NCBI GenBank assembly: GCA_951406725.2 | Contig: OX597825.1 | Span: 64,976,001 to 65,040,000, forward strand | Origin: Octopus vulgaris | Lineage: Eukaryota | DNA length: 64,000 nucleotides | Direction: 5' to 3' | Shown: piece by piece, positions 14,524-27,770 of the stretch | Layout: each line of letters opens with the position of its first letter | Position numbering within the stretch: the first letter of the stretch is position 1 | The notes under the pieces: model-generated | Told to the model about the DNA's origin: nothing | Seen by the model: the letters and a program-made list of their open reading frames with translations, nothing else | Databases searched by the model: none | Translations under genes and position numbers: made by a program

Positions 14524-16281
14524 CTGTGTGTGTAGGTGTATGTATGAATGCAATGAACGTGTTTGGAACGCTAATTTTATTGCGTATAGGACTAACACAC
14601 TCAATGTGCATCTGCATACACACAAACACACACACAATACGCACACGCAGACACACAGACACATACACACATACACACACACATACACACACACATACAC
14701 ACATACACACACACGTTTATTGTTCAAAGGTAGATCTGTAAGCGAGCAGCCAGGGATTTGAACAAAGTTATCTTAAGCGCGCTATGTTCATATTTGCAAT
14801 AAAATTATTTGATCTTACTGACGTAATGTCTTAGGTAGAGAGAGAGAGAGAGAGAGATAACGAGAGAGAGAGAGAAAGAAAAAGAGAGAGAGAGTGTGAT
14901 AGTGAATATATTAGTCTTCACAAGTGCATATTACTAATGTATGTCTGTTCATGATTTTTCTGAGGTAGTTTATGATTGACATGATATTTATCAGCAAACA
15001 TTAGATTACAATCTTTTGATATATATTTTCATCATAGGTTGACTAATATGATATTCAATGCTTCCTTTGCATGATAAATACTGATATCATATATGAACTA
15101 ATATCGTATCGAACTGTTCTTTGCATATATCTTCGGTTCACTACAGACATTACACAATATTATATGCAGTTATCTCACTTTTGATAATGGTATATAGCTT
15201 GTATATGTCTATAGCCATATAGTTCGACCATAGTTCTTTAATACTACTATTTTTAGCAACCCCTCATAGGATTAGACTTGATTCAGTCGCCATTTGAACT
15301 TAGAACGTACAACACCATCCGACGCTCGAATGATTCTGCCAGTTCTCAGTGCTAATTGGAAATTGAACTCCCACGAATTCGAACTACCGACGTAGTCACT
15401 GGTGTTACTTGTGGACTGTTAATATATTATTTCTAATATAGGAATAGAACCAACGATTTAAGAGGCGGTGTTAGTCGATGAAGACATCCCCAGTATTCTA
15501 CTGGTACTCTATTCTATGAACTCAGAAAATTTAGAGTTAAATGACAAAGTTTACCTCAGCAAGATTCGAACTCAGAACGAAAATATCCAGAATAAATACC
15601 ACCAAGCTTTTTCACTGAATTTGCAACGAATCGCCCAACATCCACTTGTTACCCAATGTTAAATGATGACGTGATTAACTACCCAATAACTATATTAAAC
15701 ATTATCAGTTGACATTATTCATTGCGCTGTAATGATTGTATTGGTTTTCCTTTGATAATTAAATGCACAGCTTCTAGTTTTTTAATTATATTACCATTTA
15801 ATGAAGAAAGCGCTGTGACTATTGAAATATAAAAAGCACTGCTTTGTGTGTCTGACGTCATTGTATTTTATTGTCATTTTTTTTTATTTGAGCAGATATA
15901 CATTAGAAAAATAATGACATCCCTCAAACAGATATATTGCATACGTATACGAAATCACATATATTATTTACACTTAACTACTATTCTTATTTCTACAGTA
16001 CGAAAACGTTTACAGTTAGGAGTAAAACTCTCTATTAGATCTGCTACGAACGCAGATTGTTTGAGAAAGCATAAGCAGCTAGATGTAGCAGTCAAATGTC
16101 TCAGAAATGACATACTGGTTGTGCTTATGTATTCTCATTTCTGCACTGGCTGATCAAACATATGATCAAACTCTTTGAGACTAACCACCGCATCTTCTTT
16201 CGGTGGGCAACATCATCATATGTCTGGTTCCATTTTTGAGACAACAAGCTTTGATTTTAAGGATACACACCTGTTGTTACT

Positions 16282-16681
16282 TGTACTTGTGACGGCATTC
16301 ACCCAGGGTGGGTTGAGTCGGCTTCTTCTCTGGTCCTAACGGCATCACGAACCATGGCGACCCACGCTAGACGGTCCTGTGCGAGGTCTCTGGAGATAGC
16401 GAGCCATTCGCGGTTCCATCTGCGCATACCGACCACCTGCGGACCTGAGAGTTCGGAGAGGTCCTCCTTTATCGTCGTTGCCCAGGTCTTCAGCTGCCCG
16501 CCCGTGCGTTTGCGCCAGCTGGGAAGTGGAGGTGGGAGGAGAACATCGCGAATCAGCTCACCCTCTGGACGCCGGGCCGCATGACCGAACCACCTTAAGC
16601 GCCGTTGTAGAAGCACCGAAGTGAGGGGCCGGAGATTCAGGCGATGAGGAAGACCTGCTGTAGGAACCCGATCGGATTCCT
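16282..16681 (-). mobile_element. 5'-truncated RTE-clade LINE, young insertion (400 bp)
   Basis: Reading frame is open from the truncation point to the stop at 16299 (QRRLRWFGHAARR, GGQLKTW, LAQDRLAW, typical RTE C-terminus). (CAAGTA)n tail; perfect 15-bp TSD ACACCTGTTGTTACT at 16267-16281 and 16682-16696. Confidence 0.92.
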
Positions 16682-19600
16682 ACACCTGTTGTTACTAGTT
16701 TAATGAGTGAGCATATATATCCTGTCCCTTTGTTTTACTTCACTCGCACATTTATGCAAACGAACAATAAGTTCATAAAGTACACAAATACATTAGATTA
16801 TTTAGACAGTTTTACATTGTCTGAAAAAAAGCAGTAGACGCTCATAGTAGTGTTAATGGCATTGTTCTGAAATAGTTTCAATCAAATATGACCAGACGCA
16901 AAGTACTTTGAATTTTCTGGGAGATAATTCTTACTGATAAACAAATATTTTACTATTTCATCAAGCTAGGTTATTTTAAGCTGTTCATGTGTAGAACATT
17001 TTAAAAGAGCTTTGATATGGTAAAGATATCATTATTCTTATGAAAAATTTAGATCAAATATCATGTTCGATATAGATTTACATTTATGTCGTTGTATTGA
17101 TCAAACAGAAAGATGTAGGTGAATTAAACAAAACATGATGAACAGACTGAAAAAAATATTTTCGTCATCGAATGCAGAATTATGTCAGCACGACGTTCAC
17201 TTTCAAATGGTTCCGTATCAGATAATTGACATGTGTACTCCAGTTCAGATCCTCATCAATACTGAACACAAGTTATCCAAGGTGAATACTTGGGTTGAGC
17301 TTCCTCTTATCAATTTTAGCAAAACATTTTTCCTGTTTGGTGCTAGAATTTCAAACACATTTCTTCTAATCGATACGATGTGTATTTAGAGAAAATTCAA
17401 ATTCCAAGACACGTCTGTGAAGCTGTGAACTCTTTGGTCTCGTGCAACGTGGCAGATTTCTGTTTCATAGATTTTCAGAAGCAGTTAATAAAACTTCAGT
17501 TAACAACTAAGAAGGCATGGAAGAACTGTGCCACTGACAGCTACGCAGTTCTTGTACAACAGCAGCAGCAGCAGTAGCGATAGGAATGAGAGGAATCAGC
17601 AGCAGCCTCTGCAAGAAGAGCAGATCGAGTGGCTTCTTAATTAGTGCTGGTGCGAAAGAGAGGGAAAAGGAGTAGGAAAAACGAATGCAGGCAGGTAGAC
17701 AAACAGACAGGAAAAGATTATATCACAGAGAAATTGTAAGGTGAGGGTGGTTTTGTGTAGAAACCAAAAAGAGTCGAAAAACTGAGGGAAGAAGAGGGAC
17801 AGAAAAACTGAGTTAAAATGTCAAATATAGTGAAATGGAGTAAAAGAGATATAAGGACAAAAGAGAAATACAATAGAGATATTTATGAGAAAGAACAGCT
17901 ATAAATCGATTGAAGAGATAACCGTTGAAAAGATAACCATGTTCACTCAGATAGAAGTGATAAGTATGAAGGCAAAGAGATGCTATAAGAATGTGACTGG
18001 AAGACAAAAGGAGAGGAATCACAAAGACTACGTAAAAAGAGCTAGACAAAGTGAGAGCCAGTCAGTCAACTGGGTTAGAAGGTCTGTACCCAATAGAGAA
18101 CAGGGGGATAGAGCGGGAGAAACTGGGTGTTGGCTAAGCATTCTTATTATTGAGAAAAAAAAACATAAACTATTTATCAAGACTACATCAACCGAATCTG
18201 ACACTCCACTGACGAACTAATATATTGAACACAATGTCAGTTGGCGCACGTTAGGTTTTTGCACAGCTCTGGCTCACCTCCGATCAATCAAATTTATTAT
18301 CAAAGCGTTCCAAGCCTGAACCTTCTATGACCTTCCCATCTAATTTTTCAAACAAGGTGCCAATGCCTATATTGTCATCTGTCTTCTTTTTATTTAACAT
18401 ACTAATGAGTAATTTGAAGAAAATTTAGTTACATATTCTAGTATATCAGACGACCACAATAAAACTTGCATAAACTCAGCAGAATTAATATCAATAGTTC
18501 ATTTTAACTTCACTTCCAATTTGTTTTCGAGTTCAACACATACGAGACTTATTTATGAAATAATATATGTATATAATTATATAATATTAATCGTACAGAA
18601 ACAATCATACCATTTACAAAAGAAATATATTTTTTCCTGACAACTGAGATTGGCCTTCTTGCAGATATCCATTGTGTAATCTCATGGCAGCAGATTAGAT
18701 TTAGGGATGTCATTTCCTGCATCAGAAAGGAAATTCGCGTATCAACACCACGTTACTTTTTCCTATATTTATGTTATATTCGATTTTTATTCTTTTTTTA
18801 AGTATAACTTGCCCTTTTTGTTTTCCTTTCAACTTATCGATTCCACAAACTCACGAGGACGCACGAGGACAAGATGTATATAATATCAAACTCCGTATTT
18901 CCTTAATCACTAAGAAATGATTTTGCATGGTTTGCAAGTCGGTTAAAAAGTATTCAGTAGATTTTGATATGATTGTGCTGCAAACGAAATTTTTAGTGTC
19001 GGATTACCAATTCGAATTAGATGTAGTAGCAATTTGTGACTAGTAATCATTAGACAGTTATAATTAGAACAAAGACTAGAATTCGTTCACGTCACAAGAT
19101 CTTTGACACGAGATGCCATCTGCGACCTGTCTTTAAAATAAACCTCATTTATCATTCTTTGTAACCGAATCACTTCAAAATGCGATCGTATTTTCACCAT
19201 TCTTTCAAAATTTGGCATACATTCCGAAAAATTGGCAACTAAAAGCTATTCATTTTTTATCGCAACCAATAATAGTATTTCAATTTAGTGCTACATTATA
19301 TTTCACTTAGTTTTTAAATGCATAAATGTGATGGCAACTTTTGATATGTATATATATACATATACTTATGTAACATTCAAACATCCAATAGATAGTTGAT
19401 AATGTGAGGAGGATAGCTTCTCACAAACGAGCCGTCAATCCTTGAGGTTAACTGGCATAACATTCTTGAGATGTTGTTTAATAGTAAAGTTTTTGTATTA
19501 AATTTAAAGAATATTTTATCTGATTTGTTTTAAATAGACTTATCAAACACAAAAAATGCATAGATAGATAGGTAGATAGATAGATAGATAGATAGACACA

Positions 19601-20074
19601 CACATACATAAATGCATACATGCAAGCGCATACACATACATACACACCCACAGATGCATACATAAACAAAAAATAAACAGACTGACAGATTTATGGATGG
19701 ATGGATGGAAAGATAGATGGATAGATAAACGGGCAACAGAATACTAGGGACACAGCCAGCAGATGATAAAAATGGCTGAATAGATGTATAAAATGTACGT
19801 ACGTGTGTGCGTAAGTGTGTGTGTGTGTTTGCGCGTGTGTGGGAACTTCTTAAATGCCCAAATAGTATTTCAGATGATTTCTCTTAATTCTAGATCGCTT
19901 GCAGGAGAAAATGAGAGAGGAAATCAACAAGCAACGAAATATTTCCATTGTCATACACACACATATACATACCTACATGCATAAATACATATATAAATAC
20001 ACACCCAAAAGCACAACACACAAGACACATAACATTATTATTATTATTGCTGTTCTTGTTATTATTATTATTAT

Positions 20075-20106
<32 letters not shown>

Positions 20107-20108
20107 GT

Positions 20109-20254
20109 GAGTGAGAGAGCAGTGCATGACATCAAATTGACAGTGGGGTAAAATATACGAAGCCCAATATACCCATCATGACTACCCGTCTGATAAGGGC
20201 ACACCGTGCATCACAATAGCAACATGGTGATCTCATATCAAGATAAACATCGCT
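20109..20254 (-). mobile_element. Family E (TAA-associated element), truncated copy
   Basis: Matches 25824-~25985 with an internal deletion; flanked on both sides by (TTA)n. Confidence 0.8.
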
Positions 20255-20259
20255 TGTTA

Positions 20260-20347
<88 letters not shown>

Positions 20348-20459
20348 CGTCATCATCATTATTATTACTGCATAAGCCTTTATGCTTTAGAGGAAAGAGT
20401 CAGGAGATTAGAACTCGTAATAGCTATGAATGGTATGATAGAAAAAGTAGGAGCATTCA

Positions 20460-21065
20460 CTGTGGTGGTGATGGCGTTGTAGTTGTTGTTAATGTTGGTG
20501 TGTTGGTGTTCCTATTTGTGTTAGTGTTGCTCAAGAGGATTGAGCAATCAACACTGAGAAAAATACTAATGGAAACTGTAATATTGATGTTGATAGTAAT
20601 AGTGTTTGGTAATGAGAATGATTATGATGATTGTGGTAGTGGTGGTGATGGGGTTAATAATTTTGATGATGGCGGTGTTGGTAATGATGGAGATGTTGAT
20701 GGGTCTGGTGGTGGTGGCGGTGGTGGTGGTTCTGGTGGTAGTAGTAATGACAATGCTGATTTTTTATGATGGTTGCTGTCATCGTGATAAGATAATAATA
20801 ATGATGCTTACAATGGTGATAATCATGAGGATGGAGAGTAGGATACAAAGGACGCGAAAAACATCGAGTATGAGATTGACCACAAATAAGAGGAAGACGA
20901 AAATGAGAAAAATACCGGTGCATAATTCTAGCCATGATATTAATGATGAAAACGATGAAGATGCTCCTGCCATTGATCATGGTAAGGATAATGAAGACGA
21001 TGGTGATGAGGATGATAAGAATGATGAGAAAGTTGAGGTTGTTGAGGATGATGTTGATGATGGTG
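20460..21065. repeat. Degenerate (GAT/GGT/AAT)n trinucleotide low-complexity region
   Basis: Imperfect GATGAT/GGTGGT runs. Confidence 0.7.
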
Positions 21066-21678
21066 ACTATATCTGGCGGGTGTAATTGTATTTACAAAGA
21101 TACTTTGTGAAGACGAGAGAAAAAATTGCCATGCTTCTGCGGAGTCCGTACATCTGCTGTGCCTCATTGATTTTCATTGAGCAGATTCTAGAAGGTTCGA
21201 TGATCAGTGAGACAGAGGTGAAGTGCTGTGCCAGCGACATGTGACACCAACAGTTTTACAACCAGCTACATTGTTCCTGCTATTTTCTTCTTTAGAAAAT
21301 GGACTGATATCTTCAAAATATATATTTAAAATATTACCGTTTCCCGGCATATAAGTAATTGACAGTTAACAAAGATAAAGCGACTTATACAACCAAGAGG
21401 ACTTTGGAGGATAAAAAATATCATAGGGAATGCAGCAGGAGTTGAAAAGATATCGGCAATATTATCAAAGTTTACACTTCAGCTACGACTTTTAGGCCGG
21501 AAATTCGGTATATGAATTATTTATCTATTGTTTCTTTGTGTGCATGTACCAGTCAATGCGTTTTTTACTGTCGTTTTGTGCCTGTGTACATCTATAAACC
21601 TGCATATGTATGTGTGCATGTGTATGTGTGTTCTTGTATAAAAAACATTGAGCCTATATACATGAATATATATATAGG

Positions 21679-21719
<41 letters not shown>

Positions 21720-21739
21720 GACAATTATTCGGTAGCCAT

Positions 21740-21800
21740 GATAAAACTCCGAGTTTCGGATGTTGGGGCGGAAACCCATGTCGGCATCTCTTCAGTTATC
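21740..21800 (-). ncRNA. Type-I hammerhead ribozyme with intact catalytic core
   Basis: Minus strand: GAUAA-CUGAAGA-GAUG...CAUC-C-GAAA-CUCGGAG-UU|UUAUC. Stem I GAUAA/UUAUC; near-palindromic stem III; predicted cleavage after GUU (between 21745 and 21744). Confidence 0.7.
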
Positions 21801-21805
21801 GGGCC

Positions 21806-21867
21806 TGATAACTGAAGAGATATCGGCTTGATTTCCGCCCCGCCATCCTAAACTCGGAGTTTTATCA
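21806..21867 (+). ncRNA. Type-I hammerhead ribozyme, mirror copy with GAAA>TAAA lesion
   Basis: TGATAA-CTGAAGA(21812-21818)-GAT...ATC-C-TAAA(21849-21852)-CTCGGAG-TT|TTATCA; 6-bp stem I. Confidence 0.6.
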
Positions 21868-21990
21868 TGGCTACCAAATAATTGTCACATATATTTACAG
21901 ATAAATTCCTCTATTTACATAATATCGAAGTCTCTTTCATTCTTTTTTTGTCTTACCATTTCTATCAATACATATATATATATATATATA

Positions 21991-22170
21991 GATGAAACTT
22001 ATAGAGAAACAAAAGATGAAGACAGGTGTATGAACAAGGAGCAAGTGTTCTAGTTTGACGCTCGGGAAAACGAAAAAGTCTTTTACGCTTCGAGCCTACG
22101 CTCTTCAAAAGAAAGGACTAGAGAGAGAATGAAAAAAACTTGTAGATTTCAGCGGTCTAGCAAATATGAT
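21991..22170 (-). mobile_element. Family G short element with decayed hammerhead-like motif (22080-22115)
   Basis: Minus strand CTTT-CTTTTGA-A-GAGC GTAG GCTC-GAAG-CG-TA|AAAG; homologous to 34990-35150 and 62242-62362; abuts (TA)n. Confidence 0.7.
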
Positions 22171-22242
22171 ATATGTGTATATGTATGTATGAGCGCGTAC
22201 ATGTGTGTGTATGTCGGTACGTGTTTGGGAGTGGGTATGTGG

Positions 22243-22288
<46 letters not shown>

Positions 22289-24892
22289 ATGCATGTATGT
22301 ATTTTATGTGCGTATTTATATGTATATATATACTAGTTTGCAAATTAAGGTGTAAGGGTAATATATCGTATGTTTACAAATTTGTGAATACAACACAAGA
22401 GGAGTATTTTTTTTTACTGCTTCTCTCTAATGTCTGTGTAGCAGCCTGTGGTTCAAGAACATTGAAGTTGTAAGAGGAATTCTATTAAGCTAATGTTATG
22501 AATTTGAGAAAATGGAAAGATGTAATTACATTTAAAATAGAAGCAAATTGAAAATAATTACGCTATCTCGAATTATAGACAAACATATACACAGTATAAG
22601 AGAGATAAATAAAACAGTTTTTCTATCTCAGTTTTGTACAGCCAAACACATGGATGATAAATTGAATATGATATACAAACGTAAATTAATCGTTGACTAA
22701 GGTGATTATATGAGTGTGTGATAATAGTAATTCATGATTCCGAGAATAAAGTTGTAAAAATACAAATTAATGATTTTGGTGTACATTAATTATAAGAAAT
22801 AAAAAAAAAATATTAAAATTTGAGAATGTCATTGGAATGCAGAAGAATTTATATGTCTACATGTGATACATCTGTATTTGAACTCAAAGCACGAGGTTAT
22901 AGATTTAAGCAGCAATTTCTATGCGTTGCGGTGTTTTTAATTCTTGGAGATAGGACATGTGGACACGGCAAAATTTTCCTGAGATTTCATTGGAAAAAGT
23001 AAATATTTTTCAAAATATAACTCTAGTTGGACGTAAAATCTTGATTACATTTTTTCCCTTATTTTGATAATTACATGAAAGGGACGTTTTTTCTTTTTTT
23101 TTTAGTTAAGAATATGTTTGTTTCTCTTCTTACAAGAGTGGATGTGAATGACGGTGTACATCAGACGGGTATTCTAATCCTGCTAATGTTTTTTTATGTA
23201 TTTAATTTACCCTGTAGTCCTTTGCATTTATATTATGTTTAGACGAATGGTAAAAACCGTGTTCACTTGTTAAAATCTTTAATAATAGAAAACAATTACA
23301 CGCAAGCGAATTATGAATTATATACTTGGTGTGGAATATTTGTGAATGCATTGCCGAAAATTATTAAAGCTCAATATTGGTAACAAAGTATTTGATAGTT
23401 GCTGTCTGTAGAGATTCCTCTCCTTATCTCTACAGCATGTAATATTTTGCAGTCTGTCAATATATCTAGAGGTGAAGTTCTTGAAGAAACGGAGCGAAAA
23501 CCATCATCTCTATAAAGTCTACCTCCTGAAATTTGTATATTAATTTGTACACGGCATAATCTCACGCTATCACAGATTTCCCTGAATTCCTTAGATCTGG
23601 AATGCATTTAAATACATTTCCAATATACAATACCTTTATAGCCCTCGTGCATATTCACTCCATCACAGGATTTTGCCAGTCACATCAAACACGATCACAA
23701 TACGCACATACGCAAGCTAAAAACGCACGCTCATGATCTTTCACTCACACATTTGGACTCACACAGTAACACGCAAAATACACATATATAAATACACATA
23801 AGCATATGTTCACAATAAGCACATGCAATCCATCAAAAACTCGTTTGAGTCCCTTGCTCATTGCATTCACTTACTATAGGTCAGCTACCCGAAACATCGA
23901 TTTGCCTCACGTTAACATCCCATTCCAGTATTCGCTTCACATCATATCTCGATGATGTCCTCTTTCTACTTCATTAAATCTTTCTTAATTTGTTTTCACT
24001 TTGAAGGAAGGCAAAAAGACAAAAATTTAGAGCAGCCTCAATTTTGTCATCCTCATAAATATATATATACATATATGTGTGTATGTGTGTGTGTGTGTGT
24101 TGAAAACCTATGGGGGATGTGAAAAGAGTGAGCACCTATTACGTTCATAATTTTATAAATTCGTCTTTTAATTACTCCGCATACTAGCGCCCATGTTTAT
24201 GTGTGTGTGTGTTAGTGTGTCAGTGTTTGCGTGCATGACAGAGAGAGATTGCGAAAGAGAGAACGATTGTGAATCTAGGACTTTGAGTACGTATGTGATC
24301 GCGTGTAGAAAACTATAATTTACGTTTAAAATCTCCTCAAACGCTGACATAGGTGTGAAAGCACAGGTAAATATTTACTGTTTAGAAACAGTATGAAAAA
24401 TATACGCCTCTTAATAAGAAGTGAGAGCCATGTTATTCTGTGACGTTAGTATCATGACGCATTATCTGTCCCGTGAAAATGAAAAATTAACGATCTCTGT
24501 TGAGAAACTGTATTCTTTTTTTTATTCAGTTATATTCTGAAATTACACTGGAGACAAAAGGCAGATGTTCAAACCGAAAATTCCACGATGACGTATTTCT
24601 CTGTCGCATTCCCTAGCGACTGTTTTAACACGATTGTTCTCAATAAACACGATAAACGTTAGTTGTAAATAACAAAAGAAAATTTTTTGTTAAATACATT
24701 ATTTTAACACCCTAATCATATTTTTGAAGAAAGAAATGTAAATACGTGGCGCAGGAAATAACAGAATTGTTAGAGCATCCGACATAATACTTTGTGTTGT
24801 TTAACTGCAGTCTTTCTATGTTATGTTTTCAAGTTTCCTACTGTTGTGTCAACCATTATACTTCTGAAATCAGTAAAATAATGGCCTAATGT

Positions 24893-25196
24893 GGAGGCAC
24901 ATGGGCTAGTGGTTAGAGCAGCAGACTCGCAGTCGAGGGATCGCTGGTTCAAAACTCAGACTAGGCGATGTGTGTGTTTATGAGCGAAACACCTAAGCTC
25001 CACGCAGCTCCGCCAGAAGTTTATGGCGAACTTCTGCTGACTCTTTCGCCACAACTTTCTCTCACTCTTTCCTCCTGCATCTAGCAGCTCACCTGCGACG
25101 GACCGGCGTCCCGTCCAGGTGGGGAACCTATACGCCACGGAAACCGAGAAACCGGTCCTTATGAGCCAGGCATGGCTCGAGAAGGAACAAACAAAC
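24893..25196 (+). mobile_element. tRNA-derived SINE family C, copy 2
   Basis: A box TGGGCTAGTGG, B box GGTTCAAAACT, body homologous to 8152 ff, tail GAAGGAACAAACAAAC. Confidence 0.8.
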
Positions 25197-25823
25197 TACT
25201 AGTGTCAACCCAATCGACTCTAACCTAGATGTCATTACTCCAGTATGGCCAATACTCTGTGATTGAATAAAATAATAAAGTAAGGAATTTTTGCATTAGC
25301 ACGCTTCCAAAATTTGTATGCTAGAGGTTACAGTTCATTATATTAATACATCACTTCAATGGTGCTATATTTCAACTCCCTAGATGGACGTAAGTCAAGA
25401 AGAAATAAAACTAATAATATAAAAGCATGGAATGAAACACTGTAAGGTATTTTGTTGCTTACTCTATCGATTCTCACAAAGACAAAGGAAAAATACATTA
25501 ATCAGAATTCATAGTGTTACGTTGACGTCGGTTATAGCTTAAGATCATTAAGTGCAGTACGCTTTGTTTCAGATATTGAACCAGCATTCACATCAGAGGC
25601 TAACTACAACCTTTCTTCTTGCGTATCTCAGTGAAGGATGAAAAATGGTGCTCCTCTTTCTCCTTTCATTTGCAATAAAGAAAATCAAACATACAATATT
25701 ACTTCAGTCTCACTCTCAAGCTTTGATGGCAGCATGTGTATCAGAACTGAGAAAATAATCACTTTGAATAATAGATGTTCTCAGTAATATTTTTGTGGTG
25801 TGGATAGTATCATTATTATTATT

Positions 25824-26377
25824 GAGTGAGAGCGCAATGCATGCCATCAAAGTGACACTGGGGTACAAATATACGAAACACAATATACCCATCATAACAA
25901 TCCGTCTGATAAGGGTACGCCAGGAACATGCACCACAATCATTTGTGTGAGACATGGTGATATCGTATCATGATAAATGGCGCATGACCTTGCAGGTAGG
26001 GCGCATTTAGAATTTTCGTCAGGCCGAGTAGCCCACCTCACTCCAAAGGTTCCGGAAAAAAGTTTATTTAAGGATAACGAACGAAACACCAATGTTTACA
26101 GAGGTGAATTATTCAAACCCAAAGAATTCCTCTCAACACATGGTTATGATGCTCCTCTCGTAGTTCTGCTTGTGATCACAGATGCACATATCGTCAGCCA
26201 CTAAGGGACATGCTCAAGTGGTTAAGGTCAAACAACTGACAAGAAACTCTGTGATACTGAGCAGAATTTTTACTGTAGCCCATCGTTCATACCAAGACAA
26301 AACAATGTACATGATAACACTTTCAATCAGTTAAGATCAGAAGACAAGAAAGCCAAAGCCTGGTACTGCATGAGGCC
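25824..26377 (-). mobile_element. Family E, ~554-bp non-coding element inserted in (TAA)n
   Basis: Bounded by (TTA)n on both sides; second partial copy at 20109-20254 shares the same end. Strand is inferred from the truncation pattern. Confidence 0.7.
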
Positions 26378-26435
<58 letters not shown>

Positions 26436-26448
26436 GTTATTATTATCA

Positions 26449-26506
<58 letters not shown>
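26378..26506. repeat. (TTA)n microsatellite
   Basis: Directly visible. Confidence 0.95.
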
Positions 26507-26507
<1 letters not shown>

Positions 26508-26722
26508 AAGGTAGCGACCTGACAGAATCGTTTGCACACCGGGTGAAATACATAGCGGCATTACGTCCGCCTTTACGGTCTGAGATCAAATTCCACCGTA
26601 GTTGACTTTGCCTGTCATCAAACGCGATCGATAAAATAAGTACAAGTGAAGCACTGAGGTCGATGTAATCACCTAATACCATACCCCAAAATTTCAAGCT
26701 TTGTACCTATAATAGAAAGGAA
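26508..26722 (+). mobile_element. SINE family A, degenerate copy with type-2 tail
   Basis: AAGGTAGCGACCTGACAGAATCGTT head; CCCCAAAATTTCAAGCTTTGTACCTATAATAGAAAGG tail. Confidence 0.75.
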
Positions 26723-27458
26723 TATTATAATTACTGTTGTCCACATACCATCATGAAAGGTCACTAGAGACTTGCGAGGCATCATCTTCCTGAACGATGC
26801 AATGGGAGTAGCTGTCTTTGGCAACGAAGCAAAGTGGGTGTGATCATATGTGTTATTTTCAATGGCACAATCACTTCTGGCACGAAGAAAAAATCAGAGA
26901 GACTGCGAGTAAGAGAGGGGCAAACAGAAAAGCAATTTGGACGGACTGACCTATTCATAGAACATTAATGCTTGCTTGTAAGAGAGATAGGAATCGCCTT
27001 CATATCTTACTTTATCAGTCTAGAAAGATAAAAAGCAAGGCAGAAACAATCGGCTCAAGGCACACTTATCCAACACTCATATTGCTTTAAAAATTCCGCC
27101 ATGCTAAATGAGTATTATTTAAGCGTACACTTGCTTTTAATCAACAGAACTCATACCAGTATTTTGAGCGATAATTACAGCGATATTTATTTGCCATCTA
27201 CAATTTGTCAATTTACATTATTCATGATGACACATAGATTTTTATCTTAATTGTTAACGTCTTATCAATCACGAGCATAAGAGTATATGACATTTAATGG
27301 GTTTAGTATTAATGGTGTCCTTGCTGTTTCAGTTGTCAATCAACAATTTTCTGGTCTACCAACTTCTGTCAATAGTAAAATATCTACCTTAATCGCTAAC
27401 ATACACTCGCTCACTCTCCCTCTGTGTATTTGTCTCTTTCTCTCTCTCTCTCTCTCCC

Positions 27459-27532
<74 letters not shown>

Positions 27533-27610
27533 CACATACATATATATATGTACACATGGATAGATAGATAAATAGAGAGAGAGTAAGAGAAATAGGGAGA
27601 TATTGAAGTG

Positions 27611-27760
<150 letters not shown>

Positions 27761-27770
27761 CATATATGTA

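Larger units (their letters stand above)
21719..21887. mobile_element. 169-bp spacer-less palindrome of a hammerhead-bearing (Penelope pLTR-like) sequence
   Basis: Left arm 21719-21803 is the reverse complement of right arm 21804-21887 with a few mismatches. Axis lies in GGG|CCT. The left end abuts (TA)n. Confidence 0.85.

Noticed and set aside
20206-21085. 187-aa and 159-aa ORFs with hydrophobic and acidic tracts
   Set aside because: Derived from (TTA)n and degenerate (GAT/GGT)n repeats that are open in several frames.
23371-23607. 78-aa non-repetitive ORF, possible terminal exon
   Set aside because: No recognisable motif, weak splice acceptor and no partner exons; length expected by chance.
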